From the NCBI GenBank assembly GCA_002269645.1, contig NIVC01000010.1, forward strand, positions 1,550,001 through 1,614,000: a DNA stretch of 64,000 nt, written 5' to 3'. The position numbers were made by a program, and so were the translations under genes. The notes below the pieces were generated by a model, which saw only the letters and a list, made by a program, of their open reading frames with translations, was not told the origin of the DNA and did no database searches. This DNA is from Macrostomum lignano. Taxonomy: Eukaryota. Positions 35,213 through 49,390 of the stretch are shown here, piece by piece (position 1 is the stretch's first letter; each line of letters begins with the position of its first letter).

Positions 35213-38200
35213 AAACTAGAATCGCCCATTCTTTTAATCTAGAATCGCCCATCCTCCAATCTAGAATCGCCCATCCTCCAATCTAGAATCGCCCATCCTC
35301 CAATCTAGAATCGCCCATCCTCCAATCTAGAATCGCCCATCCTCCAATCTAGAATCGCCCATCCTCCAATCTAGAATCGCCCATCCTCCAATCTAGAATC
35401 GCCCATCCTCCAATCTAGAATCGCCCATCCTCCAATCTAGAATCGCCCATCCTCCAATCTAGAATCGCCCATCCTCCAATCTAGAATCGCCCATCCTCCA
35501 ATCTAGAATCGCCCATCCTCCAATCTAGAATCGCCCATCCTCCAATCTAGAATCGCCCATCCTCCAATCTAGAATCGCCCATCCTCCAATCTAGAATCGC
35601 CCATCCTCCAATCTAGAATCGCCCATCCTCCAATCTAGAATCGCCCATCCTCCAATCTAGAATCGCCCATCCTCCAATCTAGAATCGCCCATCCTCCAAT
35701 CTAGAATCGCCCATCCTCCAATCTAGAATCGCCCATCCTCCAATCCAGAAGCGCCCATCCTCCAATCTAGAATCGCCCATGCTCCAATCTAGAATCGCCC
35801 ATTCTCCAATCTAGAATCGCCCATTCTCCAATCTAGAATCGCCCATCCTCCAATCTAGAATCGCCCATTCTCCAATCTAGAATCGCCCATCCTCCAATCT
35901 AGAATCGCCCATCCTCCAATCCAGAATCGCCCATCCTCCAATCTAGAATCGCCCATCCTCCAATCTAGAATCGCCCATCCTCCAATCTAGAATCGCCCAT
36001 CCTCCAATCCAGAAGCGCCCATCTTCCAATCTAGAATCGCCCATCCTCCAATCTAGAATCGCCCATGCTCCAATCTAGAATCGCCCATTCTCCAATCTAG
36101 AATCGCCCATGCTCCAATCTAGAATCGCCCATTCTCCAATCTAGAATCGCCCATCCTCCAATCTAGAATCGCCCATGCTCCAATCTAGAATCGCCCATTC
36201 TCCAATCTAGAATCGCCCATCCTCCAATCTAGAATCGCCCATCCTTCAATCTAGAATCGCCCATTCTCCAATCTAGAATCGCCCATGCTCCAATCTAGAA
36301 TCGCCCATCCTCCAATCCAGAATCGCCCATCCTCCAATCTAGAATCGCCCATCCTCCAATCCAGAAGCGCCCATCCTCCAATCTAGAATCGCCCATGCTC
36401 CAATCTAGAATCGCCCATTCTCCAATCTAGAATCGCCCATCCTCCAATCTAGAATCGCCCATCCTTCAATCTAGAATCGCCCATCCTCCAATCTAGAATC
36501 GCCCATCCTCCAATCTAGAATCGCCCATCCTCCAATCTAGAATCGCCCATCCTCCAATCTAGAATCGCCCATCCTCCAATCTAGAATCGCCCATCCTTCA
36601 ATCTAGAATCGCCCATCCTCCAATCTAGAATCGCCCATCCTCCAATCTAGAATCGCCCATCCTCCAATCTAGAATCGCCATCCTCCAATCTAGAATCGCC
36701 CATGCTCCAATCCAGAAGCGCCCATCCTCCAATCTAGAATCGCCCATGCTCCAATCTAGAATCGCCCATTCTCCAATCTAGAATCGCCCATTCTCCAATC
36801 TAGAATCGCCCATCCTCCAATCTAGAATCGCCCATTCTCCAATCTAGAATCGCCCATCCTCCAATCTAGAATCGCCCATCCTCCAATCTAGAATCGCCCA
36901 TTCTCCAATCTAGAATCGCCCATCCTCCAATCTAGAATCGCCCATTCTCCAATCTAGAATCGCCCATCCTCCAATCTAGAATCGCCCATCCTCCAATCCA
37001 GAAGCGCCCATCTTCCAATCTAGAATCGCCCATCCTCCAATCTAGAATCGCCCATGCTCCAATCTAGAATCGCCCATTCTCCAATCTAGAATCGCCCATG
37101 CTCCAATCTAGAATCGCCCATTCTCCAATCTAGAATCGCCCATTCTCCAATCTAGAATCGCCCATGCTCCAATCTAGAATCGCCCATTCTCCAATCTAGA
37201 ATCGCCCATCCTCCAATCTAGAATCGCCCATCCTCCAATCTAGAATCGCCCATTCTCCAATCTAGAATCGCCCATCCTCCAATCTAGAATCGCCCATCCT
37301 CCAATCCAGAATCGCCCATCCTCCAATCTAGAATCGCCCATCCTCCAATCCAGAAGCGCCCATCCTCCAATCTAGAATCGCCCATGCTCCAATCTAGAAT
37401 CGCCCATCCTTCAATCTAGAATCGCCCATCCTCCAATCTAGAATCGCCCATCCTTCAATCTAGAATCGCCCATCCTCCAATCTAGAATCGCCCATCCTCC
37501 AATCTAGAATCGCCCATCCTCCAATCTAGAATCGCCCATCCTTCAATCTAGAATCGCCCATCCTCCAATCTAGAATCGCCCATCCTCCAATCTAGAATCG
37601 CCATCCTCCAATCTAGAATCGCCCATGCTCCAATCTAGAATCGCCCATCCTTCAATCTAGAATCGCCCATCCTCCAATCTAGAATCGCCCATCCTCCAAT
37701 CTAGAATCACCCATCCTTCAATCTAGAATCGCCCATCCTCCAATCTAGAATCGCCCATCCTCGAATCTAGAATCGCCCATCCTCCAATCTAGAATCGCCC
37801 ATCCTTCAATCTAGAATCGCCCATCCTCCAATCTAGAATCGCCCATCCTCCAATCTAGAATCGCCCATCCTCCAATCTAGAATCGCCATCCTCCAATCTA
37901 GAATCGCCCATGCTCCAATCTAGAATCGCCCATCCTCCAATCTAGAATCGCCCATCCTCCAATCTAGAATCGCCCATCCTCCAATCTAGAATCGCCCATC
38001 CTCCAATCTAGAATCGCCCATCCTCCAATCCAGAAGCGCCCATCCTCCAATCTAGAATCGCCCATCCTCCAATCTAGAATCGCCCATGCTCCAATCTAGA
38101 ATCGCCCATTCTCCAATCTAGAATCGCCCATCCTCCAATCTAGAATCGCCCATCCTCCAATCTAGAATCGCCCATTCTCCAATCTAGAATCGCCCATCCT

Positions 38201-38268
38201 CCAATCTAGAATCGCCCATCCTCCAATCTAAAATCGCCCATCTTCCAATCTAGAATCGCCCATTCTTT
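35213..38268. repeat. 22-bp satellite (CTAGAATCGCCCATCCTCCAAT)
   Basis: Tandem units read directly. Confidence 0.98.
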
Positions 38269-38534
38269 CCCTTTTAGTTATAAAAAAGCTTAAAGTGAAT
38301 CTTCAACTTTTGTCGTGTAAGTATTTGTAGAAATTTTTCTGAACAGAGAAGTTCACAACTTTGACATTGTGGCTGCACGATGGTATATACAAACGGCCAT
38401 CTGGTCTGATTTCCCACGGGACTAATATGGGCAGCTGCAAGTCTGTCAGATTTGGTTCGATGCTAACTGTATTGCTTATATAAGTATATTTTATCTCTGA
38501 TGAAATCGGTAAATTTTGCCTAACAACAGCGTTT

Positions 38535-38932
38535 CCCTGTCACTGATACCAATTTCTTAGAATCGCCCTGTCACTGATACCAATTTCTTAGAATCGCCCT
38601 GTCACTGATACCAATTTCTTAGGATCGCCGTGTCACTGATACCGATTTCTTAGAATCGCCGTGTCACTGACACCGATTTCTTAGAATCGCCCTGTCACTG
38701 ATACCAATTTCTAAGAATCGCCCTGTCACTGATACCAATTTCTTAGAATCGCCCTGTCACTGATACCGATTTCTTAGAATCGCCCTGTCACTGATACCAA
38801 TTTCTTAGAATCGCCCTGTCACTGATACCAATTTCTTAGAATCGCCCTGTCACTGATACCAATTTCTTAGAATTGCCCTGTCATACCCATTTCTTAGAAT
38901 CGCCCTGTCACTGATACCAATTTCTTAGAATC
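38535..38932. repeat. 31-bp minisatellite (CCTGTCACTGATACCAATTTCTTAGAATCGC)
   Basis: Tandem units read directly. Confidence 0.96.
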
Positions 38933-39684
38933 TTTGACTTAGAGAACCCCCCTCTATGCATGTATCTCATGCGAGATTAAATCTATTTCCTATTCTTTAT
39001 AACAAGTAATGAGTAGAATTGCCCAGGTGTTATTATTTCCTATATCCGATTATCTTTTAAGCCATCCTTTTACGAGTGCGGACCGGCCTACTTTATTGAA
39101 CGATGTTCCCGACTGCCAAGTTCAGAGCATGGGAAAACCGTTCCCCTTTTCCCTATAGCCCTCAACCAGCTAGCTGCATAGCCTCAATCGATTCGAGCTT
39201 CAAAACTCTTTCTTGGCTGGCCCTCTCTCCCACCCTGTACCCCTCATTTTTATATGACAGACTTGTTGTGTAGCCTGGATCCGCAGGCAGCCCCCTTTCG
39301 GAGTCAAGGAAGGCTGAGCAAAGACCGTGATGCAGTTTGCCTTTTCCGCTCTTAATGGAAAGAACAGGAGCGAACTGCCTGCAGTATACTTTAGATTTTT
39401 TTATTGGGGAGCTCAAAGTGCCTTGCCTTCTTTGATTGTCGGAATCCTTTTTTGCACAGTGCTAAGCAATGCAAACAGATTTAGATTTAGACTTGGGAAT
39501 TATTTACAAGTCTTTAAACCAATTTTATAAGCCTCAAAATGATCGCGTCTTTTTTTTTAATAATCACCTTTTTCTTGAAATCGCCGTGTCCTTGACAGAA
39601 TCGCCGTGTCCTTCAAAGAACCACCGGGTCCCCTATTATCATAGGAATCGCCCCAATATCAAAAACCATCGCCCTATTATAATT

Positions 39685-40450
39685 TTTAATAAGAATCGTC
39701 TCATTATCATAAGAATCGCCTCATTATCATAAGAATCGCCTCATGATCATAAGAATCGCTCTATTATCATAAGAATCGCCTTATTATCATAAGAACGCCT
39801 CATGATCATAAGAACGCCTCATTATCATAATAATCGCCTCATTATCATAAGAATCGCCTCATTATCATAAGAATCGCCTCATGATCATAAGAACGCCTCA
39901 TGATCATAAGAACGCCTCATTATCATAAGAATCGCCTCATTATCATAAGAATCGCCTCATTATCATAAGAATCGCCTTATTATCATAAGAATCGCCTCAT
40001 TATCATAAGAATCGCCTTATTATCATAAGAATCGCCTTATTATCATAAGAATCGCCTCATTATCATAAGAATCGCCTCATGATCATAAGGACGCCTCATT
40101 ATCATAAGAATCGCCTTATTATCATAAGAATCGCCTTATTATCATAAGAACGCCTCATGATCATAAGAACGCCTCATTATCATAAGAATCGCCTCATTAT
40201 CATAAGAATCGCCTCATGATCATAAGAACGCCTCATTATCATAAGAATCGCCTCATAATCATAAGAATCGCCTCATTATCATAAGAATCGCCTCATTATC
40301 ATAAGAATCGCCTCATTATCATAAGAATCGCCTCATGATCATAAGAATCGCTCTATTATCATAAGAATCGCCTTATTATCATAAGAACGCCTCATGATCA
40401 TAAGAACGCCTCATTATCATAAGAATCGCCTCATTATCATACGAATCGTC
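39685..40450. repeat. 19/20-bp minisatellite (AAGAATCGCCTCATTATCAT)
   Basis: Tandem units read directly. Confidence 0.96.
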
Positions 40451-41309
40451 CTATTATCTCAGGAATCGTAGGAATCCTCAGTAGCGGTATATTTCAGTGT
40501 GAGCAGCCTACTTAACTTTTATTAATCCTAACTCCTAGCCCCTAACCCTGCCCCTCTATAGACTGCATGGCTGGCGGAAGTTTAATCCCGTTTCCCCAAC
40601 CCCTTCCCTCCTCACCGCCGCCCAAAACAGCTGCAGCTGCAGCCTGGGAGTCCCGTATTTTTATATCCGAGCGATAAACCGCCCCCTCGACTCCCACCCC
40701 AACTTCCGAGCCCACTGGCGCCTCTCAAATAATTCAGGTTTTGGTCGTCTGCCTCCCTGCCTGATGCAGCTGCTGCTGCTGCTATCCGGTGGGAGCCGCA
40801 GCATGGCTAAAAGAACGGTTTCTGCTTCAGCCAGGGGCTGGGCTCCTCGGAGTTTGGCATGCTATAGAATCGATCGATTGAGTTGCACTGGATCAGTAAA
40901 ATTGCGACTCATCTAGCTTATCTTGTCCAGTCGCTTTTAGTGCTCTTGTTTCTTTAATCCTTAGCCATTATGTTTGTGGCCGCATCAATACCTTCATCTT
41001 CAGTCTCTATCTTTCCGTCATCATCTCTTCACAAGAATTACCCAGTTCCGTCATCATCTCTTCATTGGAAGAGTCTCTCTCGTGTGCTCTGTTTGCCACT
41101 TGTCTTTCTCGTCTATCTTGTATTTGCTGTTTGTTTTTAGTTTCTGGCTTGCTTTATTACTTAGCATTATGTTTATCATCTCAATACCGTCTTTTACCAC
41201 CCCAGCAACACACAGACTCCTTTTTCCTGCTTCACTGTTCTCTCCTCTCCTCATCCCTGTTTAGCCTCTGTTTACCTCTCTTTATTACTCTCTTGATAAC
41301 ACTTAGAAC

Positions 41310-42340
41310 TCTGTTTATCCCCTCCATCCCCTGTTACCCTCTCTCCATCCCCTGTTTATCCCCTCTCCATCCGCTGTTTATCCCCTCTCCATCCCCTGTT
41401 TATCCCCTCTCCATCCCCTGTTACCCTCTCTTCATCCCCTGTTTATCCCCTCTCCATCCCCTGTTTATCCCCTCTCCATCCCCTGTTTATCCCCTCTCCA
41501 TCCCCTGTTACCCTCTCTCCATCCCCTGTTTATCCCCTCCATCCCCTGTTACCCTCTCTCCATCCCCTGTTTATCCCCTCTCCATCCCCTGTTTATCCCC
41601 TCTCCATCCCCTGTTTATCCCCTCTCCATCCCCTGTTTATCCCCTCTCCATCCCCTGTTACCCTCTCTCCATCCCCTGTTTATCCCCTCCATCCCCTGTT
41701 ACCCTCTCTCCATCCCCTGTTTATCCCCTCTCCATCCCCTGTTTATACCCTCTCCATCCCCTTTCGATCCCCTGTTTATCCTCTCCATCCCCTGTTTATC
41801 CCCTCTCCATCCCCTGTTTATCCCCTCTCCATCCCCTTTCGATCCCCTGTTTATCCTCTCCATCCCCTGTTTATCCCCTCTCCATCCCCTGTTTATCCCC
41901 TCCATCCCCTGTTACCCTCTCTCCATCCCCTGTTTATCCCCTCCATCCCCTGTTTATCCCCTCTCCATCCCCTGTTTATCCCCTCTCCATCCCCTGTTAC
42001 CCTGTCTCCATCCCCTGTTTATCCCCTCTCCATCCCCTGTTTATACCCTCTCTCCATCCCCTGTTTATCCCCTCCATCCCCTGTTTATCCCATCTCTATC
42101 CCCTGTTTATCCTCTCCATCCCCTGTTTATCCCCTCTCCATCCGCTGTTTATCCCCTCTCCATCCCCTGTTTATCCCCTCCATCCCCTGTTACCCTCTCT
42201 CCATCCCCTGTTTATCCCCTCTCCATCCCCTGTTTATCCCCTCTCCATCCCCTGTTTATCCTCTCCATCCCCTGTTTATCCCATCTCTATCCCCTGTTTA
42301 TCCTCTCCATCCCCTGTTTATCCCCTGTTTATCCTCTCTC
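41310..42340. repeat. Pyrimidine-rich ~22-bp minisatellite (ATCCCCTCTCCATCCCCTGTTT)
   Basis: Tandem units; the 456-aa ORF over it is repeat-derived. Confidence 0.95.
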
Positions 42341-42879
42341 AATCCCCTATTTATCCCCACAGTTATTCACTCTCAGTCTGTCTATGTCGTCTCTTTCAGT
42401 CTCACCCGATTTCTTTCCCTCTCTATTCCCTGTGATCGTTAGCTATTAAGAAACTGTCTCGGTCTCAGTGTTGCACTGGCAGTGCTCACGCGGTGCAAAG
42501 TGTATAGTGCGGATCGGCCTCTCTGCCTTGCGAGTGATTTATTGCTTAGCCGACAGTCCTGTAGCTCCTTCCTGACTGCCTGACCGAGTCAGTGGCAGTC
42601 TGTATAGGGGCGGATGCGGGCAGTTGAAAGGCCCACAAGATGAAACTGTTTGCTTGCAGAATGCTATATAATCGATGACGGAATTAGATGCATAAAATAT
42701 CCCCAGAGCGCTGAGAAAGAAATTCGCCCTCTCGCCTCTGCATTTAACATTGAATCCCCCGCTGCTTAGTAAACACGCATGAGTTTTCAATACGGATTAT
42801 TTTCTTCTCGGACTTGCTTGAAAAGCTAATAATTCGTTGCTAGCTGGCTGGCTAATTCAAGGGAACGACACTCAAATTA

Positions 42880-43300
42880 AGAGAGTGACAACCAAGTTGA
42901 GAGAATGACAACAAAGTTGAGAGAATGACAACAAAGTTGAGAGAATGACAACAAAGTTGAGAGAATGACAACAAAGTTGAGAGAATGACAACAAAGTTGA
43001 GAGAATGACAACAAAGTTGAGAGAATGACAACAAAGTTGAGAGAATGACAACAAAGTTGAGAGAATGACAACAAAGTTGAGAGAATGACAACAAAGTTGA
43101 GAGAATGACAAGAATGAAAACCAAGATGAAAGAATGACAACCAAGTTGGGAGAATGACAACCAAGTTAAAAAAATGACAACCAAGTTGAAAAAATGACAA
43201 CCAAGTTGAGAGAAATACAACCAAGATGAAAGAATGACAACCAAGTCGGGAGAATGACACTCAAATTGAGAAAATGATAGCCAAGTCGAGAGAGTGTCAA
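42880..43300. repeat. 20-bp minisatellite (GAGAATGACAACAAAGTTGA)
   Basis: Tandem units, degenerating toward the 3' end. Confidence 0.95.
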
Positions 43301-44114
43301 CGCATTCAGTTAAAATGGCAACCCAGTTAAGACAATAACAGACAAGCTGAGAAACATGTTATTCCAGTCACGACAAGACTATTACGAATTTTCAATAGGA
43401 AATGTCTAGACTCCGACTAAAGTCATCACATCAGTTGAGTTTTCAGTTTCTATTGTAAATAAATAGATCGAATTCTTGCTTCAAAAGATGTGAAATCGCA
43501 CTGGAACCATCTGTATGTAGACTGCGTGTGTACTTTATTATGGTAATGCAGTGAGAAACTACGAGAGACTCAGGGGGGTTGAAATGCTGGATCCTGGCTA
43601 ACTAAAGCAGAGAAAAGCAGAGAAATGCAGCTTAATCAGATATGCAAATGATAACACTGGGCTGGCTGATCCGGTGTTGGTGCTGCTTGGACGCTTTCTC
43701 TTCCTCTATCAGCCGGCCCCAAAACTCCACTTTCGCACACAAATGGCTGGCATGCACTGCCCTATAGCAGAATATCCGGTGCTGCTGCACAACTCCATCT
43801 GCTAAGCTATAAAGCGCATTGTGCATTAATTAATCATATTTTAGATTAATGATATCCTCTAGTTATGAGGACGGGGAGTTTCCTATGTAATGCGTAATGA
43901 AAACTTTTTTTATGTTTGCACAGCCCTAGGCTGATTTATCGGAGTCTTTGGCGTTTTATGATTATAGTTTGCTCACAGCTGCCGCGGCTGAGAACTGCTC
44001 ACCTGCTCACTAATAATACTGCTGCAGTCGCCAATAAAACTGCGTAGAGAATCTCCAACAAAAAACTCTGCGAAAGTTGACCTGCACTCATCAGAAACTC
44101 GTCTCAAATTACTC

Positions 44115-46830
44115 ATGAGAATCCCCCTACACCATGAGAATCGCCCCTACACCATGAGAATCCCCCCTACACCATGAGAATCCCCCCTACACCATGAGAA
44201 TCGCCCCTACACCATGAGAATCGCCCCTACACCATGAGAATCGCCCCTACACCATGAGAATCGCCCCTACACCAACCATGAGAATCGCCCCTACACCATG
44301 AGAATCGCCCCTACACCATGAGAATCGCCCCTACACCACCCATGAGAATCGCCCCTACACCAGCATGAGAATCGCCCCTTCACCACCACGAGAATCACTC
44401 CAACACCACCCATGAGAATCGCCCCTTCACCACCACGAGAATCACTCCAACACCACCCATGAGAATCGCCCCTTCACCACCATGAGAATCACTCCTACAC
44501 CACCCATGAGAATCGCCCCTTCACCACCATAAGAATCACTCCTACACCACCATGAGAATCACTCCCACACCACCCATGAGAATCGCCCCTTTACAACCCA
44601 TGAGAATCACTCCTTCACCACCCATGAGAATCGCCCTTTTACAACCCATGAGAATCACTCCTACACCACCCATGAGAATCACTCCTACACCACCCATGAG
44701 AATCGCCCCTTCACCAGCATGAGAATCGCCCCTTCACCACCACGAGAATCACTCCAACACCACCCATGAGAATCGCCCCTTCACCACCACGAGAATCACT
44801 CCAACACCACCCATGAGAATCGCCCCTTCACCACCATGAGAATCACTCCTACACCACCCATGAGAATCGCCCCTTCACCACCATGAGAATCACTCCTACA
44901 CCACCATGAGAATCACTCCCACACCACCCATGAGAATCGCCCCTTTACAACCCATGAGAATCACTCCTTCACCACCCATGAGAATCGCCCTTTTACAACC
45001 CATGAGAATCACTCCTACACCACCCATGAGAATCACTCCTACACCACCCATGAGAATCGTTCCTTCACCACCATGAGAATCACCCCTTTACAACCCATGA
45101 TAATCGCCCCTACACCAACCATGAGAATCGCCCCTACACCGACTATGAGAATCGCCCCTTCACCACCATGAGAATCGCCCCTTCACCACCACGAGAATCA
45201 CTCCAACACCACCCATGAGAATCGCCCCTTCACCACCATGATAATCGCCCCTTCACCACCATGAGAATCACTCCTACACCACCCATGAGAATCGCCCCTT
45301 CACCACCATGAGAATCACTCCTACACCACCATGAGAATCACTCCTACACCACCCATGAGAATCGCCCGTTTACAACCCATGAGAATCACTCCTACACCAC
45401 CCATGAGAATCGCCCCTTCACCACCATGATAATCACTCCTACACCACCATGAGAATCACTCCTACACCACCCATGAGAATCGCCCCTTTACAACCCATGA
45501 GAATCACTCCTACACCACCCATGAGAATCACTCCTACACCACCCATGAGAATCGCCCCTTCACCACCATGAGAATCACCCCTTTACAACCCATGAGAATC
45601 GCCCCTTCACTACCCATGAGAATCTCCCCTTCACAACCCATGACAATCTCCCCTTCACAACCCATGACAATCTCCCCTTCACAACCCATGACAATCTCCC
45701 CTTCACAACCCATGACAATCTCCCCTTCACAACCCATAACAATCTCCCCTTCACAACCCATGAGAATCTCCCCTTCACAACCCATGACAATCTCCCCTTC
45801 ACAACCCATGACAATCTCCCCTTCACAACCCATGACAATATCCCCTTCACAACCCATGACAATCTCCCCTTCACAACCCATGAGAATCTCCCCTTCACAA
45901 CCCATGACAATCTCCCCTTCACAACCCATGACAATATCCCCTTCACAACCCATGACAATCTCCCCTTCACAACCCATGACAATATCCCCTTCACAACCCA
46001 TGACAATCTCCCTTTCACAACCCATGACAATCTCCCCTTCACAACCCATGACAATCTCCCCTTCACAACCCATGAGAATCTCCCCTTCACAACCCATGAG
46101 AATCTCCCCTTCACAACCCATGACAATATCCCCTTCACAACCCATGAGAATCACTCCTACACCACCCATGAGAATCGCCCCTTCACCACCATGAGAATCA
46201 CCCCTTTACAACCCATGAGAATCGCCCCTTCACTACCCATGAGAATCTCCCCTTCACAACCCATGACAATCTCCCCTTCACAACCCATGACAATCTCCCC
46301 TTCACAACCCATGACAATCTCCCCTTCACAACCCATGAGAATCTCCCCTTCACAACCCATAACAATCTCCCCTTCACAACCCATGAGAATCTCCCCTTCA
46401 CAACCCATGACAATCTCCCCTTCACAACCCATGACAATCTCCCCTTCACAACCCATGACAATATCCCCTTCACAACCCATGACAATCTCCCCTTCACAAC
46501 CCATGAGAATCTCCCCTTCACAACCCATGACAATCTCCCCTTCACAACCCATGACAATATCCCCTTCACAACCCATGACAATCTCCCCTTCACAACCCAT
46601 GACAATATCCCCTTCACAACCCATGACAATCTCCCCTTCACAACCCATGACAATCTCCCCTTCACAACCCATGACAATCTCCCCTTCACAACCCATGAGA
46701 ATCTCCCCTTCACAACCCATGAGAATCTCCCCTTCACAACCCATGAGAATCTCCCCTTCACAACCCATGACAATATCCCCTTCACAACCCATGAGAATCA
46801 CTCCTACACCCATGAGAATCACTCCTTCAC
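44115..46830. repeat. Compound minisatellite: 20-bp ATGAGAATCGCCCCTACACC grading into 24-bp CATGACAATCTCCCCTTCACAACC, with a ~620-bp block duplication
   Basis: Tandem units; ORFs 45568 and 46191 start with identical translations. Confidence 0.95.
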
Positions 46831-47509
46831 CACCCTGAGAATCGCCGCTACACAACTGCCTACTACACAAGTAGTTTCAATGCTCTGATACATTTTCAGC
46901 ACTTGAGCAGCCAGACAGTCAGACACATGATTAGCTGTAGCCTGTACGCATCTCATGGCCCCCGCAAGCGCTGACATGGCTCTCTGAGGCATAATAGCGA
47001 CAATTTGATTCCACTTGACTGCAGCTCGCTACTTGGGTGCGGCCAGGCCAATCAGCTGACATTGGAGAGGCGCAGGCTGCTACTTTGCAATCGCTGATTC
47101 CAAATCCACGCTGCCAAGAATTCAATTTTTGCCTCCTTGGCTGCTGTCTCCTAGCTGGTTTTCTTGCTTAAGAGCTATTGCTAAGGAGGCTGGAGCTACC
47201 ATTGGAGCAGGCGGTATGCGTATGCATGTTGGAGTTATATATAGATCTGGGTTTTTTGAGTGGCAATTCTCATCCTGTGATCTTCAAACTGGAGCACTCT
47301 TCAAAAATTTTATCCTGACAAATTACTTAAATTATTTGTATTCTCGGCACGAATGTCGCACGAGGAGAAGCATTTCTGGTGTCTGTTGCCCAAAGTTGCT
47401 CACTGCCAGACTGGCGAGTAAGTTTTGAGTAGGTTTTACCCTTGGATGAGGAGATATTTTGAGTAAATATCCATAGAATGGACTGTACACCTGTTTGTAG
47501 ATATCATAG

Positions 47510-48392
47510 ACAGAGACTGTAGATCTCCCAGGCATAGGCTGTAGATCTCCCAGGCATAGGCTGTAGATCTCCCAGGCATAGGCTATAGATATCCCAAGCA
47601 TAGGCTGTAGATCTCCCAAGCATAGGCTGTAGATATCCCAGGCATAGGCTGTAGATCTCCCAGGCATAGGCTGTAGATATCCCAAGCATAGGCTGTAGAT
47701 CTCCCAGGCATAGGCTGTAGATATCCCAAGCATAGGCTGTAGATCTCCCAGGCATAGGCTGTAGATCTCCCAGGCATAGGCTGTAGATCTCCCAGGCATA
47801 GGCTGTAGATATCCCAAGCATAGGCTGTAGATCTCCCAGGCATAGGCTGTAGATCTCCCAGGCATAGGCTGTAGATATCCCAGGCATAGGCTGTAGATAT
47901 CCCAGGCATAGGCTGTAGATATCCCAAGCATAGGCTGTAGATCTCCCAGGCATAGGCTGTAGATCTCCCAGGCATAGGCTGTAGATATCCCAGACATAGG
48001 CTTTAGATCTCCCAGGCATAGTCTGTAGATATCCCAGGCATAGGCTGTAGATATCCCAGGCATAGGCTGTAGATATCCCAGGCATAGGCTGTAGATCTCC
48101 CAGGCATAGTCTGTAGATATCCCAGGCATAGGCTGTAGATATCCCAGGCATAGGCTGTAGATATCCCAGGTATAGACTGTAGATATCCTAGGCATATGCT
48201 GTAGATATCCCAGACATAGGCTGTAGATATCCCAGGCATAGGCTGTAGATATCCCAGGCATAGGCTGTAGATCTCCCAGGCATAGTCTGTAGATATCCCA
48301 GGCATAGGCTGTAGATATCCCAGGCATAGGCTGTAGATATCCCAGGTATAGACTGTAGATATCCCAGGCATAGGCTGTAGATATCCTAGGCC
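47510..48392. repeat. 22-bp minisatellite (GGCTGTAGATCTCCCAGGCATA), ending ~170 bp upstream of the PKG alpha start codon
   Basis: Tandem units read directly. Confidence 0.96.
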
Positions 48393-48563
48393 TGTATCAG
48401 TTTATTCGAGCCGTATCTCGAAAATTTTATAGCATTGATTCTACAAATTTCTTTCCGCTTATTTATTTAAAATAAAAACTTTTTCCCGATATTTTCTTGT
48501 CTTCTACTTTCAGTAGCACACTTGAAACCAACTGACCATTAGTTTTTGCATTGCATTTCTAGC

Positions 48564-48898
48564 ATGTCTCTGACAGTCTCCGAACTGCAGCGTTTAAACG
48601 CGCAGCGTCAAGCCGAAATCAACGAACTCGGCCGACAAGTTGACGAATTAAAACTGGCCGTCAGATCTCGGGATCGTCAGATAGCAGAGCTGCTGTCACA
48701 GCTGGACAAGTACCAGTCCGTGTTCCACTCGCGACATCGGCAGCCAGGCGGTGCAGCGTTCAGCGGTGGCGGTGGCAGCATCAGCGGCGGAGGTCGGAAG
48801 CGACGCACCAGAGGCATGGGCATCTCGGCTGAGCCGCAAAGCGAGGCAGCTCTGGCAACGATGTCGTCCGCGGTGAAGAGCTTTTCCAAGACCAAGGG
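48564..48898 (+). CDS. PRKG1: cGMP-dependent protein kinase I, alternative first exon (Ialpha-like leucine zipper and autoinhibitory segment)
   Basis: ATG at 48564; heptad coiled coil ending LDKYQSVF; RTRGMGISAEPQS resembles Ialpha TTRAQGISAEPQT; donor GG|GTGAGC, phase 2. Confidence 0.88.
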
Positions 48899-48911
48899 GT
48901 GAGCGAAGCTG

Positions 48912-49390
48912 TGGGAGTGACTAGCCGAGTGCCTTTATGTGAGAGTGACTAGCCGAGTGACTTTCTGTGTGAGTGACTAGCCGAGTGACTTTATGTGGGA
49001 GTGACTAGCCGAGTGGCTTTATGTGGGAGAGTGACTAGCCGAGTGCCTTTCAGTGGGAGTGACTAGCCGAGTGACTTTCTGTGTGAGTGACTAGCCGAGT
49101 GCCTTTATGTGGGAGAGTGACTAGCCGATTGGCTTTCTGCGGGAGAGTGACTAGCCGAGTGACTTTCTGTGGGAGAGTGACTAGCCGAGTGACTTTCTGT
49201 GGGAGAGTGACTAGCCGAGTGCCTTTCAGTGGGAGAGTGACTAGCCGAGTGACTTTCTGCGGGAGAGTGACCAGCTGAGTGACTTTCCGTGGGAGAGTGA
49301 CTAGCCGAGTGACTTTCTGCGGGAGAGTGACTAGCCGAGTGCCTTTATGTTGCAGTGACTAACTAGCCGAGTGCCTTTATGTTGGAGTGA
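48912..49390. repeat. 28-30-bp minisatellite (GAGAGTGACTAGCCGAGTGACTTTCTGTGG)
   Basis: Tandem units starting ~13 nt after the donor. Confidence 0.95.

Noticed and set aside
39162-39416. Short unique ORFs at 34.8-35.2, 39.2-39.4, 43.6-43.8 and 47.1-47.4 kb as exons of a hidden gene
   Set aside because: No recognisable motifs and no phase-consistent splice chain were found.
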